From NCBI GenBank assembly GCA_965246885.1, contig OZ251992.1:1344001-1408000 (forward strand): a stretch of DNA of 64,000 nucleotides, in the 5' to 3' direction. Source of the DNA: Abditibacterium sp. Its GTDB lineage: Bacteria > Armatimonadota > Abditibacteriia > Abditibacteriales > Abditibacteriaceae. Below, one piece after another: positions 48,021 through 57,343 of the stretch. The notes beneath the pieces are model-generated. The model saw only the letters and a list, made by a program, of their open reading frames with translations, ran no database searches and was not told the origin of the DNA. Both the position numbers and the translations under genes were made by a program. How positions within the stretch are numbered: position 1 is the stretch's first letter; each line of letters begins with the position of its first letter.

Positions 48021-48710
48021 ATGTCCGTCCGCTTTTCCTTCTACGCCCTTTCTCTTGCTGCGCTGTGCCTCGCTGGTTGCGGCGGGGGTGGGGGCGGCGT
48101 TTCTGTTCCTACCGCAACGCCCCTCCCCACCGCCACGACCGCGCCGCTTCCCGTGTTGTCCGCGCCCCAACCTATCCCGGAAGGAGTGCAAATGGGCAAG
48201 AATTATTGGCCCGTCGGCGCCCTCGCGTCGGGCGGCAATGGGCAGGATGTTTCCGGCTTGGGCTGTAGCAACCTGAGCGAGGACTTCCACGTCCACGCCC
48301 ACTTGTCCATTTTCCTCAACGGCCAGCAGTTGGCTATTCCCGCCGCCATCGGTATCAACCATCCGACGTTCCTGACCAAGGACATCTGGCCCGACGGCTA
48401 CGCCATCTACGGCGACTGCCACTACTCCATCCACACCCACGACACATCGGGCCGCTTGCACGTCGAAGCTCCCGCCCCCGGCACCTTCACCCTTGGCCAG
48501 TTTTTCGCCATCTGGGGCGAGCCGCTTTCGTATGGCAACATCGCGGGCATCACTGGCTCTCCGGTCGTCGTCTACGTCAACGACGGCACCAACCTGCGCC
48601 GCTTTACGGGCGACTTAGCGAGCATCGAACTCGTGTCACAGCGCGAAATCACCATCCAAGTCGGGACTCCGCTTGCCCAAATCCCCACCTACGCTTGGGA
48701 CGCGCCGTGA
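48021..48710 (+). CDS. His-rich lipoprotein of unknown function
   Basis: Lipobox LAGC; FHVHAHL, IHTHD, FTLGQFF.IWG. Confidence 0.7.
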   Translation: MSVRFSFYALSLAALCLAGCGGGGGGVSVPTATPLPTATTAPLPVLSAPQPIPEGVQMGKNYWPVGALASGGNGQDVSGLGCSNLSEDFHVHAHLSIFLNGQQLAIPAAIGINHPTFLTKDIWPDGYAIYGDCHYSIHTHDTSGRLHVEAPAPGTFTLGQFFAIWGEPLSYGNIAGITGSPVVVYVNDGTNLRRFTGDLASIELVSQREITIQVGTPLAQIPTYAWDAP

Positions 48711-48715
48711 GCGGG

Positions 48716-50359
48716 TTAATCCACCGCCAAGTCTTCGTACGTCGCGCTCCACGCGGGGTGCAAGCGGAATCCCCTCACGCGCGGCTGGCGCACGACGAAG
48801 CGGCGCGTGTTGTGGAGGAACACAACCGGGGCGTCTTGCACAATTAGTCGCTGTGCCGCGCGGTATTTCTCCCAGCGCGCGGGCGAGTTGGGCGTCTTGA
48901 GCGCCGCATCGAGCAGGGCGTTAGCCTTGGGATTGGAGTAAAACGAGCGGTTCAAACTCGCGGTGGCTGTAATCGAGCGACCATTGAAGAGCGTATCGAG
49001 GTAGTTCGACGGGTCGGGGAAGTCTTGCAGCCACCCCTGAATGACGAGGCGCCCCCCACTGGGGCCGCGCCGTCCGGCAATGGCTTTCATGTCGCCGTAA
49101 CGCATCCCCTTGGTTTCCACTTTGATGCCCACCGCCGCCAAATCTTGCTGGATGGACTGCGCGGCTTTGGCAATCCAAGGGTCGCCCGTCGAATACAAAA
49201 GCGGAAAGGTCTCGTCCGAGTGGAAATTTGCCTCGGCGAGCAGTCGCTTGGCGCGGGCGGGGTCATACGGGTAGGAGAACAGTGTCGGATCGTATGACTG
49301 CACGCCCTCCGGCAAAGCGCCGCGCGCTTTCGTTGCCCGTCCGGTAAGAAACGAGAGGATACGGTCGCGGTCAACCGCGTAGCAAACCGCCTGACGCACG
49401 CGCACGTCCGTAAAAGGCGCGACTTCGTTGTTCATCGCCATGTAGCGGATATCCATCATCGGCGCGCTGAGCATCAGGCCCTTCCACTTCGGCGAGTTCT
49501 TGAGGCGCAGAAAATCCGGCGGGAACGCTTCGGAGATTTCCATCGTATCGAGCGCCCCCTGCTCAAAGAGCATGATTTCCAGAGTGCGGCTGATGCCCAA
49601 CTGCACGTTCACCTCCTCCGCTTTGGGCAGGTCGGAGCGAAAGTAATCGGGGTTCTTGACCAGCCGCAGGCGCGCGTCGTGTGTCCACTCCGCGAACTTG
49701 AACGGCCCATCGCCCATCGGGTGCGAGGAGAGCGCATCGGACAGCGCCTTACCCTTTCCGCTCGCGTCGGCGGGGAGGGCGGCGCGTAGCCCCTCGACAT
49801 AAGCGCGCGGCACGGCGTAGGAAAAGGGTAGCGTTAGGCGCGAGAGGAACGTGGCATCGGGTTGGGTGAGGTGGAAGACGATCTCGCGCGGCGAGGGAAC
49901 TTCGATGCCCGCGACGTGCGGCGACGGGTGCTGCGTGCCACGCAATTTGACCCACTCCTTCGCGCCGACGATGCCCGTGAAAAACGAGGCGCCATCCGAG
50001 GCGGTGTCGGGGGCGAGCGCGCGCTCAATGGCGTAGCGGAAGTCCTCGGCTTCGACCGGCTGGCCGTTCCACCAGCGCACATCCGAACGCAGGAGGAAGC
50101 GGTAGGTTTTACCGTCGGGCGACAGGGTGTGCGACTGGGCGACCTCATCGTGGATGCGCGCTTCGTAATCATATTCGACCAAGCCGCGATACATCAGCCG
50201 CACGAACTGGATGCAGGTGGTGTCGTACGCCCGCGCGGGGTCGAGTGTGGCGGGGTCAGTGTCTTCGGCCACACGAATTACGCCCGCCGGTTGCGGCGCG
50301 TGGGCGCACCCGCTCGCAAGGGGCAGCAGTAGAGGGGTAAGCAGAAGGAGACGACGCAT
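48716..50359 (-). CDS. Peptide ABC substrate-binding lipoprotein (family 5)
   Basis: Lipobox ASGC; DPATLDP, DVRVRQAV, YPYDPARAK. Confidence 0.9.
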   Translation of the reverse strand: MRRLLLLTPLLLPLASGCAHAPQPAGVIRVAEDTDPATLDPARAYDTTCIQFVRLMYRGLVEYDYEARIHDEVAQSHTLSPDGKTYRFLLRSDVRWWNGQPVEAEDFRYAIERALAPDTASDGASFFTGIVGAKEWVKLRGTQHPSPHVAGIEVPSPREIVFHLTQPDATFLSRLTLPFSYAVPRAYVEGLRAALPADASGKGKALSDALSSHPMGDGPFKFAEWTHDARLRLVKNPDYFRSDLPKAEEVNVQLGISRTLEIMLFEQGALDTMEISEAFPPDFLRLKNSPKWKGLMLSAPMMDIRYMAMNNEVAPFTDVRVRQAVCYAVDRDRILSFLTGRATKARGALPEGVQSYDPTLFSYPYDPARAKRLLAEANFHSDETFPLLYSTGDPWIAKAAQSIQQDLAAVGIKVETKGMRYGDMKAIAGRRGPSGGRLVIQGWLQDFPDPSNYLDTLFNGRSITATASLNRSFYSNPKANALLDAALKTPNSPARWEKYRAAQRLIVQDAPVVFLHNTRRFVVRQPRVRGFRLHPAWSATYEDLAVD

Positions 50360-50385
50360 AGGAAGAGTGTGGCGCGCTAAAGCCA

Positions 50386-50480
50386 AAGCGACTGAAGTCG
50401 CAGCCAGCGAAAACGTCAACCTTCGTTGACGAGGTGTCGACGAAGGCCGACAATTCCGATGGCTGCGACTTCAGTCGCTT
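50386..50480. repeat. REPIN-like palindrome (family A)
   Basis: Perfect 21-bp IR aagcgactgaagtcgcagcca / tggctgcgacttcagtcgctt with internal gtcaaccttcgttgac. Confidence 0.85.
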
Positions 50481-50491
50481 CACGTATCCGT

Positions 50492-51643
50492 TCAGCCCAG
50501 AAACCGCCGTTGCCCGAACTGGAACGATTCGAGCAGGAACATCACCGCATACGCGAGGCGCGCATACGTCGCGGCGCGCGGGCTTGTCAGCGCCCGTCCG
50601 CTCCACAGCGCCAGCAGTTGCACAAACGGAAACGTGGCCAACAGAAAGCGTAGCGTGGAGCGGATGTGCGGCTCCGTGTGCCACGCGAACGTCAAGTCGA
50701 GAAGAAGCACCGCCCCCAGAAACAAGAGCTTCCCCGCCGAAAACTCGCGGCGAAAGTGCCAAATCAGCGCGAACGTCAGCACGCACGCCACCATCGGCGG
50801 CCAGTTGGCGAAGTCGAACAGAAAGAGCGGCTCACGCCACAACCGGAGCGCATCGAGCGCAATCGGCACAAGCGGAAACGATAATCCGCGCCCGAAATGG
50901 CGCTGCGACACGAGCAACCCCTCGCCATTGCCACCGATGAGCAGCGCGACTCGAAACGCCACAAACCCCGCGAGCGGACACAGCGCGCACCGTGCCCGCG
51001 CCCATTTCTCCGACGGGGTGAGCGGTTCCTTCGGGCGGTCGAGCAGCAACGCCAGAAACAGCACCGGCCCCGAATTGCGTGTGAAACCCGCCAACGCACC
51101 CGATAAGGCGCACAGCCCCCACTTCTTTTGGCGCGCAAACCAGAACAAGCCCAAGGACAGCACCAGAAACAGCGACTCGCTGTACACTGCCGCGCTGAAC
51201 GCGGCAGCCGGGAAGAACGCTTGTAACCAGACCGCGCGCTCCGCGACAATCTCACCCCACTCATCGCGTGTCAGTAAATACAGCAACCATAAAGCCCCCA
51301 GAAACGCGGCGTTGGAAAGCACTATCCCCACCAAGGCAAGCGTGTTCTGACTCGCGCCCGGCCCCGCAAAGACGCGCATGAGCAACGGATACAACGGGAA
51401 AAACGCGCTCCGTAGCGGGTTGTAGCCCGCTTGCGCGATGTCCAGAAAATACTGCGAGTCGAACAGCGTCCAAGGACTGAGCGCGGGCGAGGGCACGCCT
51501 TCCCATCGGTGCAACTTGGGCGACGGCACGAACAGCCGCGCCGCGCCCTGCGTCACCAGAAAAAACAGCGCGAGCCGCGACAAAAGCCACACGCCCACAA
51601 CCGCGCGCGCCGGATGCTTTTCCCACAAAAAGCGCATGGTCAT
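50492..51643 (-). CDS. GT-C mannosyltransferase-like membrane protein (PIG-V-like), copy 2
   Basis: FDSQYFLDIAQAGY, AFFPLYP, YSESLF, TRNSG. Confidence 0.8.
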   Translation of the reverse strand: MTMRFLWEKHPARAVVGVWLLSRLALFFLVTQGAARLFVPSPKLHRWEGVPSPALSPWTLFDSQYFLDIAQAGYNPLRSAFFPLYPLLMRVFAGPGASQNTLALVGIVLSNAAFLGALWLLYLLTRDEWGEIVAERAVWLQAFFPAAAFSAAVYSESLFLVLSLGLFWFARQKKWGLCALSGALAGFTRNSGPVLFLALLLDRPKEPLTPSEKWARARCALCPLAGFVAFRVALLIGGNGEGLLVSQRHFGRGLSFPLVPIALDALRLWREPLFLFDFANWPPMVACVLTFALIWHFRREFSAGKLLFLGAVLLLDLTFAWHTEPHIRSTLRFLLATFPFVQLLALWSGRALTSPRAATYARLAYAVMFLLESFQFGQRRFLG

Positions 51644-52734
51644 CCGAGGAAATCCTTCAAGCCGAACAAATACGAGTGAACGAAAAACAGCGCGAAGGCT
51701 GCCGCCGCCCCATACAATGTCGCGCGCTTGGAGGGCAACTTCTCTTGAGACGCCAAGGCCAGCAGTTGCGCGGCGGGAAAAGCGCCGAACAGGTAGCGCA
51801 ACGTCGAGATAGTCTCCGGCTCCCCGCCCCACGCCAGCACCAAACTCGACACCAACACCAAGCCCAGAAACAAGAGCTTCCCCGGCGAAAAGCGGCGCCG
51901 ATACATCCACAGGAGCGCAAAGGTGCCCAAACAGCCGAGCAACTGCGGGAAGGTCACGAAGTCCAGCCACGTCGCGGGGTGAACCAGCAAGTTATGGGCG
52001 TCGTGTAAGAGCGGCTTCCAAGGCCACGATGGGGTGCGCCGGAACACCTTCTGCACCGCCAAAGACGACGCCGCGCTCCCAAACTGGGCGCGCAAGTAAA
52101 GCTGCACCCCGACAAAACCGATCATCGGCGTGAGCGCACACGTTGCGCGCCGCCATTGCTCCCTTTTGGAAAGCGGCGCTTTGGGCCGGTCAAAGAGCAA
52201 TGCCAGAAACAGCACCGGCCCCGAATTGCGCGTTAGACCCGTGAGCAAGCCGAACAGCGCGCACAGCCACCATTTCTTCTGGCGCGCAAACCAGAACACT
52301 CCCAACGAGAGTGCCAGAAACAGCGACTCGGTGTACACTGCGGCGCTGAACGCCGCAGCCGGGAAGAACGCTTCTATCCACACCGCCCGCCGCGCTATGT
52401 CCTCGCCCCACTCGTCCCGCGTCAGCAAATACAGCAGCCAGAGCGCCGTCAAGAAAGCCGCGTTGGAGACTAAAATCCCAACGAGCGCGAGCGTGTTCTG
52501 ACTTGCGTGCGGCCCCGCCAGCAGGCGCATGAGCAACGGATACAACGGGAAAAACGCGCTGCGTAACGGGTTGTAGCCCGCTTGCGCGATGTCTATATAG
52601 TGCCGTGAGTCGAACGTCGTCCAAGGGTTCAGCCAAGGCGAAGACACTCCGGCCCACGCGCCCTCTTTTTGGCTGGGCGGCGGCAGGGTCTGCGCTTTGA
52701 AGTAACCTACCAGCACAAACGCCAACAGGCACAC
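51640..52734 (-). CDS. GT-C mannosyltransferase-like membrane protein, copy 1 (start uncertain)
   Basis: FDSRHYIDIAQAGY, AFFPLYP, YTESLF; close paralog of neighbour. Confidence 0.8.
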   Translation of the reverse strand: MCLLAFVLVGYFKAQTLPPPSQKEGAWAGVSSPWLNPWTTFDSRHYIDIAQAGYNPLRSAFFPLYPLLMRLLAGPHASQNTLALVGILVSNAAFLTALWLLYLLTRDEWGEDIARRAVWIEAFFPAAAFSAAVYTESLFLALSLGVFWFARQKKWWLCALFGLLTGLTRNSGPVLFLALLFDRPKAPLSKREQWRRATCALTPMIGFVGVQLYLRAQFGSAASSLAVQKVFRRTPSWPWKPLLHDAHNLLVHPATWLDFVTFPQLLGCLGTFALLWMYRRRFSPGKLLFLGLVLVSSLVLAWGGEPETISTLRYLFGAFPAAQLLALASQEKLPSKRATLYGAAAAFALFFVHSYLFGLKDFLG

Positions 52735-52789
52735 GCGCGACAGGAGCCACGCGAGCGCGACAGAACGCGTACCCGAACGGTTGAGCGGT

Positions 52790-53719
52790 TTAACGGCGCG
52801 TCTCCAAACTTTCGGTCAGGGCTTGGCCCAGCAAGTTAAACGCGACGACAGCCAGCACAATGGCCGCCCCCGGCGCAAGCGTTATCCAAGGCGCCGACGC
52901 AAAGTACGGCTGTCCCTCGGAAATCATCGAACCCCACGACGGGTTTTCCGGCGCGCCCAACCCCAAGTACGACAGCCCCGCTTCCAGCAGGATGTTGGAC
53001 GCCGTTGCAAGGGTGGCGAGCGTGATAATCGTCGGCACGACGTTGGGCAGGATGTGACGCAGCACTATCCGCGTGTTGCTTTGCCCCAGCGCGCGGGCCG
53101 CTTCGACGAACTCGCGCTCTTTGAGCGACAGCACCTGCCCGCGCACCGCGCGCGCGATGCCCACCCACGTCACCAGCCCTATCGCCAACACCAGACGGGG
53201 GTCGAGGTTCAACTCCTTGAATACTCTGACCTCCCGCCACGATTCCGGCAGCACGAACGTGAGCGTGATGGCCAGCAGAATCGTCGGAAGCGACGCCACC
53301 ACTTCCGTCACGCGCGTCAATGCCCGGTCGGTGCGCCCCCCGAAGTAGCCGCCGAGTAGCCCAACCGTTGTGCCGATGGACACCGAAGTGAGCATCGCGC
53401 ACCCCGCTATAGCGAGCGACAAACGCGCCCCATACAAGAGACGTATCCAAACATCGCGCCCCAACGTATCGGCGCCCAGCAAAAAGGCGCCCCCCGGCGC
53501 GTGCGGCACACCGAGGCTGTCCAAGCCGTGCGGGAGAATTGTGACCGGCTCCGTGCGGTTATAAAACGGCCCCCAAAACGCCAGCACACACAGCGCCCAC
53601 AACAACGCGCCCCCCAATCGCGCGAGCGGATGGCGCAGGAAGCGGGCGGTCGCGGTCTGGGAGCGCGGCGCGGACGTCGGGAAAGGCGGCAGAGCCGGAG
53701 CGGAAAGGGGGGCGGTCAT
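52790..53719 (-). CDS. Peptide ABC permease (DppC/DdpC-like)
   Basis: LGADTLGRD, REFVEAARALG, PSWGSMI. Confidence 0.92.
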   Translation of the reverse strand: MTAPLSAPALPPFPTSAPRSQTATARFLRHPLARLGGALLWALCVLAFWGPFYNRTEPVTILPHGLDSLGVPHAPGGAFLLGADTLGRDVWIRLLYGARLSLAIAGCAMLTSVSIGTTVGLLGGYFGGRTDRALTRVTEVVASLPTILLAITLTFVLPESWREVRVFKELNLDPRLVLAIGLVTWVGIARAVRGQVLSLKEREFVEAARALGQSNTRIVLRHILPNVVPTIITLATLATASNILLEAGLSYLGLGAPENPSWGSMISEGQPYFASAPWITLAPGAAIVLAVVAFNLLGQALTESLETRR

Positions 53720-53746
53720 GGGTTGAAAATGGCGAGATGTAGCGCC

Positions 53747-54466
53747 TCACGCCCCCTCGCGCGGCAGTTCATGGAGGTCGCCCACCCAGTGCGCATCGGG
53801 TGGCAACTCGACCGGGCCATACGCAGCGCACGGCGCGCCGACGCGCAAAGCCCAGCCGTTGTCGCCAAAGCTCCAGTGCCACCACTCATCGGCGTAGTTG
53901 GTTAACCCCGTTGGTTCCAACACCGAGCGCAGCAGGGCACGGTTTGCTTTCGCGGCGTCGGAGATGGCGTCCGAATCCATCGCCGCGCCTTGCAAGTCGA
54001 GCAGTTCGAGCGGCGAAAAGAAGTCGAGCCGCTCGCCGCGCTCGTTGATTATCTCAAGGTCAACGGCGCCCCCCGTCGTGTGCGGAGGCGGCGTGGGCGC
54101 GTCGGGCGGGGCCGAGTAGCGCCCCGCTTCGGTCTGAATCTGGGCTTCCGAGGCGCCCGTCATGCGACTGCGCGCTTCTTCCAGCGCGTGCCGGAAGTGC
54201 GCGCGTTGCACGATGAGGGGCCGATACCCCTCGACGATTTGCAAGCGCAAGCCGTCGGGCAAGGCGTTAGCGGCCTCAATGACCATGCGCGCCACGCGCT
54301 CGCGCAACAAGTGAACGCGCGGATATTTGAAAAGCGGATGCGCTGGGGCGAGCACCAGTTTGGGCGTCGGCGCGAGGGCGAGGAAATCCACGAGCGGCTC
54401 GCCGCACTCCTCAATGTGGACGGCGTCGAGTTCGGCTTGATCTTCGGCAGGGTGCGTTTGGCTCAT
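53747..54466 (-). CDS. D-Ala-D-Ala dipeptidase, M15/VanX-DdpX family
   Basis: EGYRP, PHTTGGAVDL, EWWHW zinc motifs. Confidence 0.88.
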   Translation of the reverse strand: MSQTHPAEDQAELDAVHIEECGEPLVDFLALAPTPKLVLAPAHPLFKYPRVHLLRERVARMVIEAANALPDGLRLQIVEGYRPLIVQRAHFRHALEEARSRMTGASEAQIQTEAGRYSAPPDAPTPPPHTTGGAVDLEIINERGERLDFFSPLELLDLQGAAMDSDAISDAAKANRALLRSVLEPTGLTNYADEWWHWSFGDNGWALRVGAPCAAYGPVELPPDAHWVGDLHELPREGA

Positions 54467-54526
54467 GCTGGCCCGCGAGTTTAATGGGAGCGGCGGCGGT
54501 GAAGCCGTCACCGCCCTGTGGGATTC

Positions 54527-54680
54527 GTCGGCGCGGTTAATTCTTCGGTCGGCGCGGTTAGTTCTGGTGTCAGTTAGCTAATTCTTTCGTCGGCGCGCAC
54601 GGGCGGACAATACAACTAACCCCTCGGTCGGTCGGCGCGGCTAATTCTTTGGCCCGCGCGGCTAATTCTTTGGCCCGCGC
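54527..54680. repeat. Interrupted ~21-bp tandem array
   Basis: gtcggcgcggttaattcttcg, gtcggcgcggctaattctttg, gcccgcgcggctaattctttg. Confidence 0.8.
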
Positions 54681-54718
54681 AAAGAACCAACGGCGCCGGA
54701 TGGCTTCTAACTTTTCCC

Positions 54719-56368
54719 GTGCGCCGCTTTCTGCTTCTTCTGCCCCTTCTGTGTCCGCTCGCCGCGCGCGCGCAAAGCGCGGCTTTCACCCCCGACTTTT
54801 CCAAGCCCGACGCCGCCACCTTCATCGCGCCCTACGCCCAAAACGGCGGCGTTGCGGCTCCGGTGCGCGTCGAAGCAGTCAAAGGCGCCCTGCAAATGAC
54901 GGCGACGGCGGGCGGCTCCCTCGGCGTGAAGTTCGCCGTCCCGCCTTTTGACGTTGACCAACTGACGCGCCTCTCTTTCGATTACACCACCTCGCCCGAC
55001 GCGAAGGTGAACCTGTTCTTCCGCGTCAACGGGCACTACTACGCCGTCCTGTTCACCGGCCCCAAGCGGGTGCGCGCGGGCACGCCCATCATCACCGACG
55101 CCTATGCGACCAAGGCCAGTGGCCACGTCGAAATCCCGCTTCGCGCCGCTCTGCGCGCGCTGTTGCCAAACGAGGCCAACCTACGCTGCGATGAGATGTT
55201 GGCGGGCAACTGGGACAACGAGGGCTATCTTTTGGCGGGCATCGGCGGCAACGGGCCGGGAGCGTCGTGGACTGTCTCCAACTTCAAGCTCGACCGCCCC
55301 ACCGCTAAAGCCACCTTTGGGGCGGCGCGCTTCGAGGGGCAGGAGCTAATCATCCCCGCGCAGAACCTCGACGCCCTCTCTTTCAAGAACATCGCCATAA
55401 AGACCGACGCGGGCCGCTTCCCCGCGACCTACGACGCCTTGCGCGGCGCTTTTACGGTGGACGGAGCCGACATCGCGGCGGCTTCGGCGCTTCTGCGCGA
55501 CGCGCAGAGTATAACCTTCCAGCTGCGTGGAGAAGGAAACGGCGACACCCCCTTAACCCAAGGCAGCGCCACGTTTCACACCTCCAACTTGCCCGCGCCG
55601 CCGCTCCCGCAACTCCAACTCGCCAATTCCCAAGGCGCCGCGCCCAACGTGGACTTTGAGTCGCCTTCCGCCCCCTTTGGCATGGACAAAACGCCTAATA
55701 CGGTCTTCGAGCGCGACGACCAAAACCCCTACTCTGGCCAATGGAGCGCGCGCTTTACCAACCCGCGCACTGCCTCGCCCTTCGAGGTCAACGCCATTGG
55801 CGCTCCCGTTGATGTCGCGCTCAATCCGGTGCTGACCTTCGCCTACCGGTGCGACGACCGCTTGCGCCTCGACCTCAACCTCGCGTGGAACAACCAGCCG
55901 TACTCCATCCACTTCACCGATTCCGACAACCCCAACCCGCGCTTGGGCGACCTGAACGCCACCCGCGACGGCGCTTGGCATTTGGCGACTTTCAACCTGC
56001 TCGACGCCATGAAGAAGGCTCAGCCCAACGCCACCGATTTCAAGATCACCACCCTGACGTGGAACGATTTGGGCTGGCCCGGCAACGTCAAGGGACTCAA
56101 ATGGTGGTTGGACGACCTCAAATGGGCGCATAACGTCGGCCCGGCCCTCGACGCTTCGGCCGCCCTTCACGACGCAACCGGCACCCAAGCGGTTTCCTTT
56201 TCCCTCGACCAAAACCCCGCCACCCGCGTCGGTGAATCGCCCCAAGGTGGCGCGAAACTGTCCATTAACTTGGCGGGCAAAACCGGCCTGTGGTGGCTCC
56301 ACTTGCGCGCCCAAAACGGCGCGGGCAAGTGGAGCGAAACCGCGCATTTCCCCGTTTGGTGCGGATAA
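54719..56368 (+). CDS. Secreted beta-rich protein (carbohydrate-binding-like modules)
   Basis: Signal peptide ARA-QS; two jelly-roll-like segments (LSFDY/LTFAY, DFE, DGAWH, WWLDDL). Confidence 0.55.
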   Translation: MRRFLLLLPLLCPLAARAQSAAFTPDFSKPDAATFIAPYAQNGGVAAPVRVEAVKGALQMTATAGGSLGVKFAVPPFDVDQLTRLSFDYTTSPDAKVNLFFRVNGHYYAVLFTGPKRVRAGTPIITDAYATKASGHVEIPLRAALRALLPNEANLRCDEMLAGNWDNEGYLLAGIGGNGPGASWTVSNFKLDRPTAKATFGAARFEGQELIIPAQNLDALSFKNIAIKTDAGRFPATYDALRGAFTVDGADIAAASALLRDAQSITFQLRGEGNGDTPLTQGSATFHTSNLPAPPLPQLQLANSQGAAPNVDFESPSAPFGMDKTPNTVFERDDQNPYSGQWSARFTNPRTASPFEVNAIGAPVDVALNPVLTFAYRCDDRLRLDLNLAWNNQPYSIHFTDSDNPNPRLGDLNATRDGAWHLATFNLLDAMKKAQPNATDFKITTLTWNDLGWPGNVKGLKWWLDDLKWAHNVGPALDASAALHDATGTQAVSFSLDQNPATRVGESPQGGAKLSINLAGKTGLWWLHLRAQNGAGKWSETAHFPVWCG

Positions 56369-57343
56369 TTACGGCTTGAAGGTGACGCCCTTCTCTTGCC
56401 CCTTGGGGAACCACTTGACGTGCCCATCGGCAAAGCCAATGTTGGAGCCGCCCAGATGCCGATAAGCCCGGCCCGTGCCGCGCCCATACCAGTTGCGCGA
56501 GGGATTGAGTGTCTCGTACACGTTCACGGTCATGGCAGGCTGCTTGATGTTGCTTTGGACGAAGCCGCTCAGGTATTGGTTGTAAGCGTAGCCGTAGCCC
56601 GGCCCTTTCGTGGTTGCGGGCATGGAGGGGCACTGGAAGATTTGCTCCGACTTAGTGTAAGGTTGCAGCACCTCAACCCACTTGCTGGCGGGCGGGAGTT
56701 TCTCGTCGTAGTCCTGCGCGTATTGCATGATGCCGAGCATCTGCTGCTTCATGTTCGACTGGCAACTGGCCTTGAGCGCGTTGTCGCGGGAGTAAGTGAA
56801 GGGGTCGCTGCCGTCGGGGACAGCAACGACATAGGTCGCCCAGCGCTTGTCGAGGTCGGCGCCTGTTAAGTCGTTCCAGCGCCCGAAGGTCGCTTTGACA
56901 TCCACGCGGTATCCGCCATCTTCGGGCACCACGACAACCTCGCGCGCTTTCGGGCCATTGGAAGGCGTGAGTTGCACGATGGTCTGCCCCGCGTCGCTGC
57001 TTTGGACTGCGGTGTCGTAGGTGCTGTCGAGGGCTTGCGTCGCCATGAGGCGAATCAGCTTTTCAGCGTTGGGGTTAGAACTCAGGGCCGCGAACTGCTT
57101 GCGCTCGATGGAGCCGAGCGTCTGCTGCGTGGTTTGGTCGTCGGGTTCGTAGTGTCCCCTCGGCGGCTGGCGGATGAAGCCGAGCAACTTGTAAAAGCCA
57201 AGCGCCGCCGCTTCGGGCGTCTTGGAGGCGGGCGGGTAGCCCATTGGATAGAGGGTGCTCTGCGCGCGCAGGTACGAGGTGCCGCCAAACAGTAACAAGC
57301 CGCCCACGAGGGCGACGGTGCGGAATTTGCGAGTGTTTTTCAT
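56369..57343 (-). CDS. DUF1559 / H-X9-DG domain protein, paralog 1
   Basis: SCQSNMKQ..LGIMQYAQDYDE, FQCPS, RHLGGSNIGFADGHVKW. Confidence 0.85.
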   Translation of the reverse strand: MKNTRKFRTVALVGGLLLFGGTSYLRAQSTLYPMGYPPASKTPEAAALGFYKLLGFIRQPPRGHYEPDDQTTQQTLGSIERKQFAALSSNPNAEKLIRLMATQALDSTYDTAVQSSDAGQTIVQLTPSNGPKAREVVVVPEDGGYRVDVKATFGRWNDLTGADLDKRWATYVVAVPDGSDPFTYSRDNALKASCQSNMKQQMLGIMQYAQDYDEKLPPASKWVEVLQPYTKSEQIFQCPSMPATTKGPGYGYAYNQYLSGFVQSNIKQPAMTVNVYETLNPSRNWYGRGTGRAYRHLGGSNIGFADGHVKWFPKGQEKGVTFKP

